From contig NC_043002.1 in assembly GCF_006345805.1 (NCBI RefSeq), positions 109,120,001-109,184,000 of the forward strand: a DNA stretch of 64,000 nt, written 5' to 3'. Numbering within the stretch: the stretch's first letter is position 1; every line of letters starts with the position of its first letter. The DNA comes from Octopus sinensis. Taxonomy: Eukaryota. Position numbers and translations under genes: made by a program. Below, in pieces: positions 8,821-23,592 of this stretch. The notes under the pieces are model-generated. The model was not told the origin of the DNA. It saw only the letters and a list, made by a program, of their open reading frames with translations, and searched no databases.

Positions 8821-11800
8821 TTTTTTTTACCATATCTATCTATCTATCTATATATATATAAATGTATATATGAGCGAGAGAGAGAGAGAAGTGTGTGGGA
8901 ATTTTTCCAGTATATTTCATTTTATTTGATATACTACATTGAAAAGAATCGTTAGAATACAAAGAAGTGTGGGATGGTCGTGATTTGTATTTTGTTTGAA
9001 ACAACCTTTACCTGGTAGAAAAATAGCTGGTACATATCTCTCAAATTATCCCTCATTCTAGGTACCCCTTAAAAGAAAACCACGGTCTGTTTACGGCTTT
9101 ATGCTTACTCTTTTCCATTGGTCTGTTCCTTCAATGTTGACCGGTATGTCTCGACAACCAAGGTGCGTTATGTATGTGTGTATGTATGTATATATATATA
9201 TATATGATATTTATATTAGTGTGTGTATAATACATATATAAGCACACGATACCCTCATAAAGGAGTTGTTTTGAAAGAAGGAAAAGCCAACATTTTGAGA
9301 AATATTAGTAATACAGTGGAGTAAATATCATAAAATATTGAAATAATTGTTGGTGGTGGTGTTCGACCCCAGGTTAGCCCTGATCCAGTGGACGTTTTGA
9401 TAAAAGGCGTTTTAGTCGGTCTTATTTTCAGATTGTCGTTCTAGGACTGCATTATTCAATATGTCTTTCCTTATAAATAAAATAGAATGAAAAGAAAATT
9501 GAAGAACCAGGTGTTGGCAAACTTCTTAGATCAGTTACACCCATCCTATAAATTTATAAAGTATAATTAAGAAAACAATTTCCTTCGTTCTTTGGTGTCA
9601 TTACTGCTTTTGAAAAACAATATTGAAAGAAATTTAATGAAAATACTTAACGAAATTGATAAAGAACAATAAAAATTCAGTTCTGTTATATTGATATAAC
9701 CGGAATATTTAATGTGAAATACGTGTTTGGTGAATACTAATGGATATTGCATTGATATTTGGTTGGAAATTAGTGGTTTTTAGCCTTAAATTAGCCATAC
9801 TCGTCTAGATTCATTCTGCAAATAATTTCAGTGCCCTTAATGCTCAAAATCGTTTCAGGTGTTTACCAACCCCCTTGGTTGGTCACATCGATCCCCGCTA
9901 CCAGCAGGGATCAGTATTGACAACTTTGCTGGCCCTTATATATATATATATATACATACACACACGCACATATATATAGGTTTCACGCGGCCCCTCCCTT
10001 TGTTTGACGTTTGGCGATATAGACCATCAAGTTATAATTGCCAAATGTTAAAAAAAAGAAAAATACGCAACGTCTCGGTTTGTGAGTTTTAATTTAATAC
10101 AACTTATCAATGTTTATAAGAGATAAGATTTGTTATAAGTTAATTGCTCTTAATATTTTTTGTTAAACGAACTAGTTTAGCCAACGATAAGATAAATGTT
10201 TGTTTTTACATCTTAATAAAATATAATTCCTGAATTCTGAATTTTGAGGGGTAAATAATTTCCTGTGTTGAATGTTTTGTATTGTGTGAAATGTCCTCCG
10301 TTATTCCTAGCTCTTCTAATCGGTGTTGTTGATTCCTTAGTCGGCTCTGAGCAAACATTGAATTAGCTACGTCTCAGTTATGACCATTCCATCGAATATT
10401 TAGTTGTAATGTATCAACAGGTTTTTTTTTTTTTTAAGATGGCTGTGTAGACTTCGAGTGATATTCAGCTCCTATTTCTAGCATATCGAGCGACTTACAC
10501 AGGCTCTTTAATTAAGTACACTCTTCCTCGTTTAGCTCTAGATTAACTCGGACCAAGCAGCCCTATGATCAAAGCAGTTTACCGTGACCATCGCACCTCA
10601 TTTAATGTGTGGAGTCGTGATGCAGAGCAGGCAGCAATCCCGGAGGCCTTTTTTCATAGGTCTACTAGTTATTAAAACTTTTTGGTAGTAAGGCACTAAC
10701 AGAATCGGTTGCAAACCGTGTGGGCTGCATAATGTAGAGATGCATCCTTCACGTTTTGATGATGGTCTGTAGGAATTGCTGTGTCAGTTTGTAGGGATGG
10801 GCTAATTTCTCCAAAATGTGTATTTTGACTGAATTACTTTAGGGGGCTCTGTATCAGTATGATTCGTATGACAAATATAATAACTCCATATCAATGCTGG
10901 TTAGGTAGATTTATCATCATGACCATTGTTTTGCCATCCAGTTTTTCATGCTTGGACCGACTTTATTGAGGCAGATTTTCTACAGTCGGATACTGTTCCT
11001 GTCACCAACCCTTCTTTCCAAGCAAGGTAATGTTGTCCCATGACAAATAGGGAGGATATTGGAAATGAATCACATTCATTTACCATAGTTGCATAATGTT
11101 AAGACAAGGAGACGCAAACATGTTTGTAATCATGTACCTTCTCTACAACAAAACACCTGTACCTGTTTCTCTCTATCATACTTTAACCTCTGGAATAAAG
11201 CCACATCCCTCAGTGTACACCCCTTGGGTTGAGGGATGTTGTGAGGTGCTTGGTGACTGCACAAGTGACAGTACCACATAAAAAGCACCCTGTAAAGTGA
11301 TTGGTGTGAGAAAGGAGATCTAGTTGCAGAAACCATGCCAAAGCAGACACTGGATCGTGTTACAGTCCTCTGGCTCACCAGCATTTGGCAGCCCATACCA
11401 GCATGGAAGATAGATATTAAATTATGATATCTCTCTCTCTCATCTATCTGTGTGTGTGTATGACACTTTTTTCAGCTTGTCTGCCAAATCTACTTCTAAG
11501 TTTTTTGTTGGTACAAGGTTATAATAGCAGACACTTTAAGGTTCCATGCAGGGGGATTGAACCTGAAACAATATGGTTGGGAAACAAACTTAACCACACA
11601 ACCATGCCTGCCATCAAATATTGCAACTGTGACCATGACCATTTATTCTAGGCAAAGTGTATTTCTAAAAAAAGAAGTGATTTAGGAGGGTTTGGCAGTA
11701 ATTCTACCATTGGTCACTGATAAAAGTTTTTCAATGTTTTATTTTTATCTACCTAAGTCAGTTCACTTACTTCTTAGTATGTTTTTGGTCTGGTTATGTG

Positions 11801-14800
11801 TTATGTAAAACAGCCATGCTTCTGCCACTTCAGTCCCTTACTAGAAGGAGCATCTTTTAGTCAGAGCCAGTGATAGAAACTGAGTTTGATCAGCTACAAG
11901 TAGCAGTGAACCCCCATGTTTCCCTTAAAGAAAAGATAATGTAATCCTATATGAATTGTGACTAAACATAAGGTGGGATAGTCATTAGTGGAGCACTTTT
12001 TTGGCTGTATATCGACTGATTCAGGTTTGATTGAACCACTAGACATTTCACTTTTCAGTTTTCACATTCACTCGAATGTTTTTTTTTTTATTTCCAATCT
12101 AAAAATTTCTTATATACTAAGACATAATTTAATCTCATGCCTGCCATAGATGAGCAGATATGATTTAATTAAAGGTATTCCGATCTTACTCAGCTTTCAT
12201 TTAGCTGGTGTATCAAGGAATACATTAATCCAATGTATTTTCTTTGTTTGATGAGCTGAGGGCATGATTTGAGGGAGAATCAACCTGCAGTGTCTAAAAT
12301 CTTGAGCAACTGTTTAGAATCCTCACTGTATTATTTCCTTGACTGATTTGTGTTTACAGAAGGGTTGCTAAGTTCTGTTCTATTGGTTATTTACTTTAAT
12401 ATTGATTTTGTCTTAAAAGTTTCAATCACAAGTAGAGGAAAGAATGTGTTCAAATTACAAATGTGGTGTGTGTGTGTGTGTGTTAGAAATTCATAGATGA
12501 TCACCTACATTACTACTTGGATTTCATACCTGTAAGGTACACACAAGATTGGTCAGGTAGTATTTGAATAGTTAAAGCAATATTTGCACCAGACCAGCTA
12601 AGCTAATTCTCAATCTACCTTTCAGTAACATCAGGTAGCATTGATAAAGTCACTCCATACTCCAATATCATCATCAAGAATAATTCCATTTGGACAGCTT
12701 TTACATGCTTGAAAATCCAAGGTCTAGCCATTCAAGGAGATGGCTATCAGGTTTAATAAACATGGTGGAATAATTGTCCTTTAATGACTACAGGCCTGGG
12801 CTAGGTAGGTGGTTTCCCTTACACCATAGCAGTCCAGTCCCCAGTATTTCTAATTTGCTATGAGACTACAAGTAGCTGAGGCACAATATGCTCTGTCGTG
12901 TGTGGAGTACTCTTATCTGTGTTTTGTAAATATATTTGTTCTTTTGGCATGAATTGGATGAGAACTTATGAAACAAAATCTGTAGCCACAGCTATGCATG
13001 TAGCTTTTCTTTCTCTCTGTATACATGCACACACACACACACACACTCTCTCTCATTTTGAATATGTATATATTGTATCTGATGAACACCTCGAAGGAGA
13101 GAGAAGCATGGCCGACCAAATACAATGAAGGTCCACAGAAACTGAAGCATTGGCAAGTGGTTACATCAGGAGACTAATACAATTCATTGTCAAAGATTGA
13201 GACAGATGGAGATCTCTTGTTTGTGCTTGATGCTCAACATGGAATCAAAAGTTGACTTTGCCTTTTATCTTTTCGGGGGTCAATGAAATACGTATCAGTT
13301 GAGCACTGGGGTTGGTGTAATTCACTTCTCCCCTTCACTGATATTATTGCTCTTGTCCCCAGATTTGAAACCAATATTAACTGTAGCCATATTAAAGTTT
13401 TTTATTTTATTTTGGCATTGGTACTAAAGAGGACCCTGGAAAAAAACTGGAGTTATCTTCTGTTTCCCCTGTCCATTCTTTCATCTCTTGGCACATAGCA
13501 TTTACATCTGGATACCCTTCTTAACACAGACCATTTTATAGAATGCCACCTACTACAGAAAGATCGTCTCTGACAAAACTTCCCTCCACTTTACCGTGTT
13601 GTTTTTGTTCCTCCCTTTCTTGATGTGTATAATGTCTCGATTATGAAAAAAGAAAAACCTTTCTTTGGTAGCGTACCTTTGCAAAACTAAGATCATATTT
13701 AGCTATATTGTGATGGTAGCTGAGCTGCCTGTATTGCAAAGTTGGTTGGTGTGGCTAGCAGTGGAATAGATAAGACCAGGGATAGGTTGGCAGGTGTCTT
13801 GCAGAGATAAACTTTGGAACTCCTCTATTAATGGTAATAAAATATATATTTATACCTATGATGGACTTCCACACATTTCATATATCAAACTTCACTCACA
13901 AGTCTTAAATTAACCCAAGTTCTGACGCTGCTTTCAGCAAATGCTGTTTTGCAAAGCTAACCATTTTAAATCTTAACCCATAAGCAATTCTAAGAATATA
14001 GCCTTGAACCAATCTTTCAGATAACATCAGCTGATTAAGTACCTAATGGAAGTCTCACTTGTCTGTTGATATTTTGTTTTCTAAATGTCTGAGATGAATT
14101 TGTCCATCCTGTCATGAACTGGACAGTTCCACAAGCATGGTCAGTTGGCCTGATGATTACATTGAGTTCCAATTTCTCCTTTTATTTTGTGTGGTTTAAT
14201 GCTAACCACTTTACAGAGTGTACTTGGTGCCCCCTTTTTGTTTTGTTTTCCTGGCACCTAACAATTTGTGCAAGAACCCTTGACAGTAGGAGAGTGGACA
14301 GTAATAAAAGTGGCGTTGTGCCAGGTTCATTGTGAACAATAAGATTAGCTTTGTCTTCAGAAGAGCAGAAACATTTCAGTATATACATCTTGATGTACTG
14401 GACGACATTTTAAACTAGGGATCTTTAATTTCTAAACTAGTATTTAGTAATAACCTAAGAGTTTCAAACTTGAATCAGCCCACTTCTGTCTACCGACAAA
14501 TGTATTGAATGAGACCTATTGAGAATTGGACATTTAATATTTAGCTTAAAATTTAAATAGCAAAAATTATATCATTAGATTGAAGTCTGCAAAAGATTTA
14601 AGATGTTTCCTGTGTATTACTAAAGTGAAAATGAAGTAGAGGTGTATTTACTCAATAGCCATTGAGTGGTACAATTCTTTACTTGCGATTAGAAAAAAAA
14701 TCTTCTTCTCTTTACTCAGAGCTTTGAAGCTTTCTTTATATTCCCTGTTAAATCAATTTAGACTAACAGCTGTTATTTCCCATTCTGCATCATAAATTAC

Positions 14801-14879
14801 ATTTTAAAGAAACTGTGTGTAATGACCACTAACTTATTTACCTTCTTACCCCACTCACTCACTTTAGTACTCTCCTTCC

Positions 14880-15190
14880 CTCACCCCTCTCTCTCTCTCT
14901 CTGTAATAGTCTTTCTTTTTAGCACTGATAGTCTCTTGCTGCCTTGTCCCTCTCTCGCTCGCCCCCTCTCTCTCTCTCTTGCTCGCCCTCTCTCTCTCTC
15001 TTGCTCGCCCTCTCTCTCTCTCTTGCTCGCCCTCTCTCTCTTGCTCACCCTGTCTCTTGCTTGCCCTCTCTCTCTCTCTCGCTCGCCCTCCCTCTCTCTC
15101 TCTCACCTTCCCTCTCTCTCCCTCTCCCACCCTCTCTCTCACCAGCTCTCTCCTCTTGTCTCTTGGCTTTCTCCCTCTCTCCTCTCCTCA
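14880..15190. repeat. Compound (CT)n microsatellite punctuated by TGCTCGCC
   Basis: About 300 bp almost purely pyrimidine; repeated unit CTCTCTCTCTTGCTCGCC. Confidence 0.9.
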
Positions 15191-15711
15191 TCACTATGCC
15201 CCTCCTCCCCATCTAATCATTAGCCTATCTCTTAAAGTCAAACACTAATCAAAAATGATATTTTGTATAATCTTAATTGAAAGTTTCATATTTCACATAT
15301 TATGAATACATCATCTCCACTTCAATCAAACTCTGACCTCAATTTCAAATCCTATTTTAATTCTGTCAATTGATTTAATATCAGTTTTCCTTTAGTCTTG
15401 TTTTTGTTATGCTTCAGCAAACCCCACTTTCAAAGCAATCGCTTGAGCATTTTTATTTTTATCGTCTAAAGTATGGGAGATCTTGGACTCTGTTCTCTTG
15501 TTGTTCTCCTTTATCTCTGTATAGTCTGTCGTGGTTTGAGGAAGTTGGACAGGCGGGTGGTGGTTGATTTGATGGTTATCAGTCCTGGCTTCACATACAC
15601 AAATTATATTAAATTTGAAATCATTTAAAACAGACAAACTAGACAATCAACTGTATCTAATAACTAGGTCTATTCCAAGTTTTTGTCATGATAAGCTATG
15701 CATGTCATTAA

Positions 15712-15933
15712 CCCTTTCAATACAAATCCGGCTGAAACCGGCTCTGGTTCTATAGTACATATGTCTTGTTTTCATAAGTTTTGAATTAAAATCTTCCTCC
15801 AAACCTCAGTCACAATTTATGTTCCTAACACTAGCTGAATGATAACTAAGTTATTTTACTAAATTCTTTGTTATATTTAAAATTAATTGAAAGAAATGTA
15901 GAGCATCTCAAAATAAATATGGTAACGAATGGG
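15712..15933. mobile_element. piggyBac-type MITE, family P1
   Basis: TTAA on both sides, ends CCCTTTC...GTAACGAATGGG; related copies near 23978-24136, 34458-34648, 34755-34976, 42081-42280, 44481-44870. Confidence 0.75.
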
Positions 15934-18639
15934 TTAATATTAAAAAAATTCTGTAATGAATTATATTGATTGCTCATTAGTTTCACCACGCCCATCTTCT
16001 CATGTCACTGGATGGTTTTCCCCCCTCTCCTCTTTCCCTTCCCCTTTCTTGCTGCTTCCCTGCTCCCTCCTTCCTCCTCCTCTCTCACTCCCCACTTCCT
16101 TGTCTTTTTCTTTTCCCCATTTATTTCCTTCCGGCTTGCCTTGTTTTTCTTTTTCTATTCTGTGTAAACCAGTCGTTAGAAAAGACAGCTTTATTACTGT
16201 TGTCATAAGAGATGACTAAAAGAAATTGTCACCAAGATGTGCTTGGCTTTTTACTGTTCTGTTAGTTCCAGTTGTATCATCACCCCTTCAATGTATTAAG
16301 GGCCATATTAGTTCATTTTAGATGGGTGTGATTTAAGGGAGACCTTGTTAATAAGTACTGCTTGGAGGTTCTCTTCAAGCCTCTCTTCATCATCATTTAA
16401 TGTCTGTTGTCCATGCTGGCATGGGTTGGATGGTTTGATGAGGGCTGGCAAGCTGGAAGGCTGCACCAGGCTCCACTCTGATTTGGCATGGTTTCTACTG
16501 TTGGATGCCCTTCCTAATGCCAACCACTCCAAGAGTGTAGTGGGTGCTTTTATGTGCCATTTGTGTGATACTGATATCTGCCATGACTGGTTTTACTTGG
16601 CTTCATGGGTCTTCTTTTGTTTTTAAGTATTTTATATTTTGGAAAGACAATTCTTGTCTCACCAAGTAAGTTTTTCTTACTGGATTGGCTGAAGCAGTTT
16701 TGAATTAATTATACATTTTCTTTGGGAGTTCATTAATGCGATTGTTGTATTTTTAGAATTACTCTGTACGGTAGGTGTAAGAGATCAGATTAGGCTGGGT
16801 TGAACATAAAACAGATAAAATGTTTGGGCCCCAATGTGGTTGGTTCAAATGCTAATAGTTACTGCAAAAACCTTACGAAGCATAGCATGAATTCTTCTGA
16901 TCTCACTTAATCAATAATTAAATACTTTGTAACAACTGTATATTTGAAAAAATTGTCTTCAGCTTTTAACGGTTGTCATTTGATTTTTCATATCTTTGAA
17001 CATTTCAACAAACTTAAATTCTAAATGTTTCATTGATTCAAGAGTAAAATTGATTTAATAAGGCAAAAAAGGAGAGAAAGAGAAATTGACAAGCTATTGT
17101 TTTCATAGCTTCTTAAAATGTTTATCTACCATCTCCTAAGTATTGATCAGTTAAGGATATTCAAAACGTATCTTGATCTGGAATTCATTGTGTACTTAAT
17201 GCTTAAGAATATAGAAATCTGTTATGGATTAAATATTGGTTTTGTTTCTTTAGACAAAGCATTGTCTGTTGCTGAAGATTTGATGCCTGCTGACATATTC
17301 TTCGTCATTTTTTTATTTTCAACAGACACAGAAATTGAGGAAAATAAAACTGTAGATTAATTTTCAGTTTCAATGTCTTCATCATTATTGTTATTTTATG
17401 TCCATATTGGTATAGATTGGATGGTTCGACCTGAACTGATGAGTCAGAGAGCTGCTCTGAGCTCCTTTGTCTGCTTTGGCAGGGTCTCTATGGCTAGGTG
17501 CTCTTTCTGACACCAGCCACTTTGCAGAGTGTATTGGGTGCTTTTTCTAGCTCCAGCACTAGTGACATCACCAAGTAACTCGCAGGATGAGACCCCACTC
17601 GACTGAGTGGTGGATTGCATAACTGGCTTTATACTGAGTGCTAAGAGGTGAAAGTATGATAGAGGGACAGGAATAGGTGTCTTTCTAGTTTTCAGATGTA
17701 GCCAGTGCTTCTGACATGGAACTCTTCATATTTCACACCAAAAGTGTTTGATAATGTTTCCACAGTGAACTCCTTGCTTTCTCTCTCTTATCGATCTTCC
17801 ATCAGCTTTTTAATTAAAATGGCAAACACTGATATTTCCTTTTTAATTATTGTAAACATTGGTTTCGAATATGCTCTGAGGATTATTTCCTGTCTCCCTT
17901 CGGGTGGAATTCTTTATAAAAATGTCTCAACATAAATTGCTATTAAATTAGGTTATTCTGGATTTTCTAGGTCTTTCAGCTGAAGCATTTTCCTCCAAGA
18001 ATAAACCATCTCTTTTACTCTCTTTGAAGTGTATTTCTTTACTATTCTCACAGTTCCTTTAAATTTTCTTAGATTTTCATTGAAGAATACTTGAGATTCA
18101 TTCTGACTTGAAGAACATTTCATGCATCTCTCACTGATTCCATTTTAAACAATCCTCACCGCATAGATAAGCTTATCTGCTGTTTCTATTTTAAATAATC
18201 ATCCATACCTTATCACCTGTCTGTGTGCTGGTTTTTTCACATTGTCTCTGGCTGTAATTTTCAACTGCTTCTTTTCCACTCATTCCAAGTTTTGCATTTA
18301 TCAATGAGAACATCTGTTGCAGTATTCTGCTGTGTTACCAGCTGCTTTATTTGGCTTCAGTAGCCATGAGGCTAGTTGGTGGTTTGCAGTATGTTGATAT
18401 TGAGAAATGCTCTGGTGTTCTTCACTAGTTTTGTTTTCCCCACTTCTTTTCTATCCATTTTAACACTGCAATCATCAACTTCTCCATTCACTTGTAGGTA
18501 AGGTTTTTTTTCTTTTCTTCAGGAATTAACTTCATAAATATTTCATAGTCAAAACAAAATGTTGGTGACTTAAGAGAGTAAAACACTAAACACTTATTAA
18601 TCCTTTTGGCACCGAACTGCTCCTGGTTCTATGGTACAA

Positions 18640-19580
18640 ACTTCGTAAATGATGTGATTGGAATTAAAACTTTCCACATGATTCAACAGAGGAAGATTGC
18701 CACATAAAGGCAGTAGGGCTTGCATAACAGGGACACGGGATATAATGGGACCAAGCACTTGAGCAGCCGTTGTCCTGGAGAGAACTCTGGGATACTGGTC
18801 AGGGAAGATTGTTCTTTCTCTTGTCAACCCTAAACAACCTTAAAATATAGAGCAAAGAGGACCTATCCTGCAAGCAGTGTGGAGCAACTTTTTGTATCCT
18901 GAACAACATTTTGACAAGTGGAGGCACAACAAAGTCCTTACAGATATTGCTAAATGGACAGACCTGCAGAGGGTTATGCCCAACCAACAGCAGTCATCAC
19001 CCCTAAGAGTATCAGATTTCTGAGAGAAAGTATGACAGAAGCAGCGGTTGGTGGCTCGTTTTCTGTTTAGCATCCAGCCTCAGATTGGGAGATGCAAGTG
19101 GACCTTCTTTTTCTCAGAGGAGGACATGGTAACTTTGGTCTAACTAACTGTGTTCTTACTATCTAGGAGTGCAAAAAAAATTATCATGGTTGACTTTACA
19201 ATGCCCCGGGAGGATAGACTCTATATTTTTCACAAGTTAAAGTAAAAACTAAATATAAAGACTTGTCAATTAAGCACTTGTTAAGGGACAGCATGTAACT
19301 TCATTCTGTGTAGAAGCTGGCTGCTGTGGCTTCCCAGCTGGGTTGGTGCACTATTTGCTGCAGGAGATTGGCCTGGAACCTAGACAATTGAAGAAAGCCA
19401 CCAAGGAGGTGGCTGAAACCAGATCAAGGAGGCTGTGGTCTGATAAACTGCAGATGGAACCTTTCTACAGACAGTGACTAATTCAGTTCTTGCTGTCCCA
19501 CCCAGTTATAGTGTACATGTTAAAGGGCAAAATGCTTGTGACCCCAAAGATACCTGCTGATGATATGGGTCTCCAACATT
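18640..19580 (+). pseudogene. HERO-like (restriction-like endonuclease) LINE C-terminal fragment
   Basis: Frameshifted segments CKQCG, WRHNKVLTDIAKW (18919), SDWEMQVDL (19080), VLLSRSAKKIIMVDFTMPREDR, VEAGCCGFPA...KKATKEVAE...RLW (19310-19438) follow the order of RLE-clade ORF ends. Confidence 0.75.
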
Positions 19581-19965
19581 ATGATAGGTTTAGAAGAGGA
19601 GTTTGCAATATGTCTAAGTAGATCCTGCAGTTTCTGCATCAGGCAAAGAATTCCAATTTTTATTTCATCTCAGGTAAATTTGTTCCAAACTCTGGCTTAA
19701 TAATGAAATTATTTTACTAAATTCTTCATTATATCCTAAGGATATAATCCTAAGGAGATCAGTGTATTTCCACAGAAATATTGTAACAAAAGGGTTAAAT
19801 GTTGTAGGTATTTTAGAATTGTTGGGTTACTTGATTGTAGTTTGCCAGGTTCAGTGACTCCATCTGATCTGATCTTGATTTTATAAAAGTAGTCAATCAC
19901 TAACCTGCATATCTACAAGCTGGATATGTTATGCTTTAGTCTGGTCAGGAAGCATACTACACACT

Positions 19966-20336
19966 GGGAAGCACTCTGTCGGTTACAACGACGAGGGTTC
20001 CGGTTGATCCAATCAACGGAACAGCCTGCTCGTGAAATTAACGTGTAAGTGGCTGAACACTCCACAGACACGTGTACCCTTAAGGTAGTTCTTGGGGATA
20101 TTCAGCGTGACACAGAGAGTGACAAGGCCGGCCCTTTGAAATACAGGTACAACAGAAACAGGAAGTAAGAGTGAGAAAAAGTTGTGGTGAAAGAGTACAG
20201 CAGGGATCACCACCATCCCCTGCTGGAGCCTCGTGGAGCTTTTAGGTGTTTTCGCTCAATAAACACTCACAACGCCCTGTCTGGGAATCGAAACCGCGAG
20301 TCTGCTGCCCTAACCACTGGGCCATTGCGCCTCCAC
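19966..20336 (-). mobile_element. tRNA(Arg)-like SINE family A
   Basis: Near-identical to 46698-47067 and to the reverse complement of 28708-29055; TSD TACT(A/G)CACACT. Confidence 0.9.
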
Positions 20337-21436
20337 TACTGCACACTAAACATGTTACATTTGTGCATGTATATGTATGTGTGTGTGTGTGTGTGTTAAA
20401 TAAATAAATAAATAAATCCAACTGTCTCCAGATTAACAAATAAATCCACAAACAGATATTTCTGTTCTCTCTGACATTTTCTGAAGCCATCTGTGGCCCT
20501 TTATTCAATTGCTGGGATTGTATTTATTGATAAAATTTAAAATGTAGGCGTTTCTCATCTTTGTATGTTGTTTTTTTACACCCCCCACCCCACCTCCTTG
20601 CTTGGTCTTATAATTTGACGAGCTGCACATGGCTGTCATTGAAGAGTGTTGTCAGGATTTGATTGGAAATGTTTGAATTAACATTAGCTTCATCTTTTTG
20701 TTTGATCTCTATATATAACAAGTTATATTTAATACCATTGTTGTGTAGCTGTAACCTTTCCATATAAATTGTGTTTGTAATCCAGATTTCACTTCTTCAC
20801 AAAAGCCACTTCAGAATTCATTTCTGCTGTTTTAATTCCATTGAGAAATAAATACCTGAATCTTCTTTCTCCCTTTCCTTTATAAATGTGTAGCTTTATA
20901 AAATAGGTTTAATGTTACTTGTACCTTGTATGACTGGGATATAAGAGCAGTGACCTTAACAAACTCATTTACTTATAAAATTGCCTATTCTAAATTTAGA
21001 TTATCAATCCTTTTAACAATTGCTAACTTGTGTGTGTGTGTGTGAGAGAGAGAGAGTGGTATAATTGATTGAATCAACCCCAGTGAATTACTGGTAACGT
21101 GTTTGTCAACAGAGAAATGAACAGTGAAATTTGACAAGATTTGTCCAACTCAATATTGTGAACAATAAAATTACTTGCTTTATTGACATTCATTAATTCT
21201 GTAATAAATATATATAAATAATATTCCTTTCTACTAAAGACACAAGGCCTGAAATTTGGTGGAAGAGTTGATTACATCAACCCCAGTGTTTCACTGGTAC
21301 TTAATTTATCAACCCCAAAAGGATGAAAGGCAAAGTCAACCTTGCCAGAATTTGAACTCAATGTAGCTATGGGTGAAATACTGCTAAGCATTTTGTCCAG
21401 CATGCTAACAGTTCTGCCAGCCTGCCACCTAAATTA

Positions 21437-21999
21437 TAATAAGAGCACTCAGTGCAAACCTCTGCCAAGTAACACCGTCTTCTCAGTGATTAGCCAGAGA
21501 TAATTTTTAAAATGAGAATATCTGAAATAAACTTGAATGCTCTCACAAACGAGAATACTAAAAATGAACCCGATCGATCTCAAAGATTAAAACTGGAAAA
21601 ATAATCCAGAATCCTTGTCCGGTACCTGGTCGATCCCAATGGTAGTCTTGGAATGTGAAGGTGGCTGTAGAAAACTTAGTAACAGTAATAAATAGTTTAT
21701 CCTTATCTAATACAAGCCAAAGTCAATGAATTCACTATTCAAAATAGTTACAGCCTAAAGGGAGATAATTGAGAAAGACTTGAAAGTTAACATAAGATTA
21801 TAATCGTGTAAAGTAAATATAACAAATAAACCAGAATCCTTGTCCAGTACTGGATCAATCCCAAAATCTAATCAGTTCGTGCCAGTCATGAAGTTAAGCA
21901 TTCCTGAAAGTTTCATCTGAATCCATCCTGCAGTTCTTGAGATATCTTGTTCACGGACAAACAAATACAACTGAAGACAATACCTCTGCCTTCGTTAAG
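21437..21999 (+). mobile_element. Helentron-associated (HINE/DINE-1-like) non-autonomous element, interrupted
   Basis: 5' AAACCTCTGCC echoed at 3' ATACCTCTGCC with terminal hairpin CTGCCTT-CGTT-AAGGCAG; second copy at 62188-62550. Confidence 0.5.
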
Positions 22000-23592
22000 G
22001 CAGTGGTAATAATAATGGTAGCTGATATAAATAGTGGTGGGTTGAATTCTGCAGTCACTCTTTACATCATATTGAGAGAGAGGAAGAGAGTAAAAGAGAT
22101 AAAGAGAGAAATAACATGAGTGGGGCGGGATGAGTGCGTAAATCTGAGCGTGATGGTAGGCCACCCCCAACACTCCTTCACAATGAGGAAGGAAACTGAG
22201 GGGAAAGAGTAAATGACAAGAGTTACAGGAATTATATTTTAAGGTAATATTTTTCTTTTGAAAATTAGTATTTGTCATTTTGTATAAGCCTTTTAAGATT
22301 TGCTAAAAGTTTGATTATATTTATATGTATACCATATTTCCTGATTTCACCCATAACAGCAAAAACACACTTCCAAAGTCATGTCATATGATGGGCAACC
22401 ATCAAGTATATACATATTTTTTTTTATATAATTATTGTAATATTGTTTAGCCCTAGGTCAGATCAAATGCATTCCACCCATGACCACTTCATACTTTCTT
22501 TCAGATATGTATTCAGGACCACCTCATCAAATGTGTATTTTAAGATAGTACAGTAGATATGACAAAGATCTGGTTATTTCTAGTTAGTTGAATGACCATC
22601 AAAGCACCCCATCATCTTGAGGTTGACAAATTGTGTTAGACCAGATACTTCAGTATTTATGTACTTCTGTTTCGTGTTGCAATTTTCTCTCCCCCTCCCC
22701 CTCCCAAGTTCATAAAAGGAAGTACCAGACATTGGGTTAATCCCCATCTTGCAAATCTAACTTTATGCTAACAGCTCATTGATTATGATAATGCAGTTGG
22801 TCAATTTCTACTATAGGCACAAGGCCTGAAATTTGGCAGGAAGGGAGAAGTTGATTATCTCGATCTCAGTGTTTCACTGGTGCTTAATTTATCGACCTCG
22901 AAAGAGTGAAAGGTAAAGTTGACCTTGGCGGAATTTGAACCCAGGACATAGCAATGGACAAAATACTACTAAGTATTTTGCTAGGTATGCTAACGATTCT
23001 GCCAGCTTGCCGACTGAATGTGTAATATAATGAATTAGAAACATAGTATATGTAGAAAAGTTGATCTTAGAGAGCTGACTTCCTGTGGTGCAAGGTTTGC
23101 TCAGTCAAACACAATAAGTGGAACTATTTATTCAATGTCTACTGCAACACATTTGATATATAAAAGCTGTGGTAGTTTTCTTAACTATTTCACATTTTAT
23201 TACATATTGATTTTAGAAGGTGGTGAGGTGGCAGCAAAATTAGATCACTTCACTTTTGGGATTTCATTCAAATCTTGTCTAGGTACACTTTAACCTCCTC
23301 CTTCTGTAGGAGTTTATAAAATAAGTGTTGAGTATGTTTTGGAATCAATTGAACCCTTGTTACCTTTTTTTCTATTGAAATACACAGTCTTTGTTTCAAT
23401 TTTGGAATATAATCAAGAAGTTAATAATTTTATCAGTATTAAGCTGGTATCTGAAACCTAACATGAAATTTAAGAGGAAGGTTTTATTTTAGATATGTTT
23501 AAAATAGTGAATTTGTATCCTGGAACTTGTACCCATGGGTGGGGAGTGTCACACTGGTTCTCTCTCTTTCTCTATAAATTTCTGAGAAATCT

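Noticed and set aside
14822-15248. Ser/Leu/Pro- and Arg/Glu-rich ORFs
   Set aside because: Translations of the (CT)n compound microsatellite.
17430-17465. CTGATGA followed by a hairpin
   Set aside because: No GAAA/NUH half; part of a decayed repeat.
17700-18400. Possible decayed coding sequence on the minus strand
   Set aside because: Purine-rich and coding-like, but too many stops and no motif I can assign.
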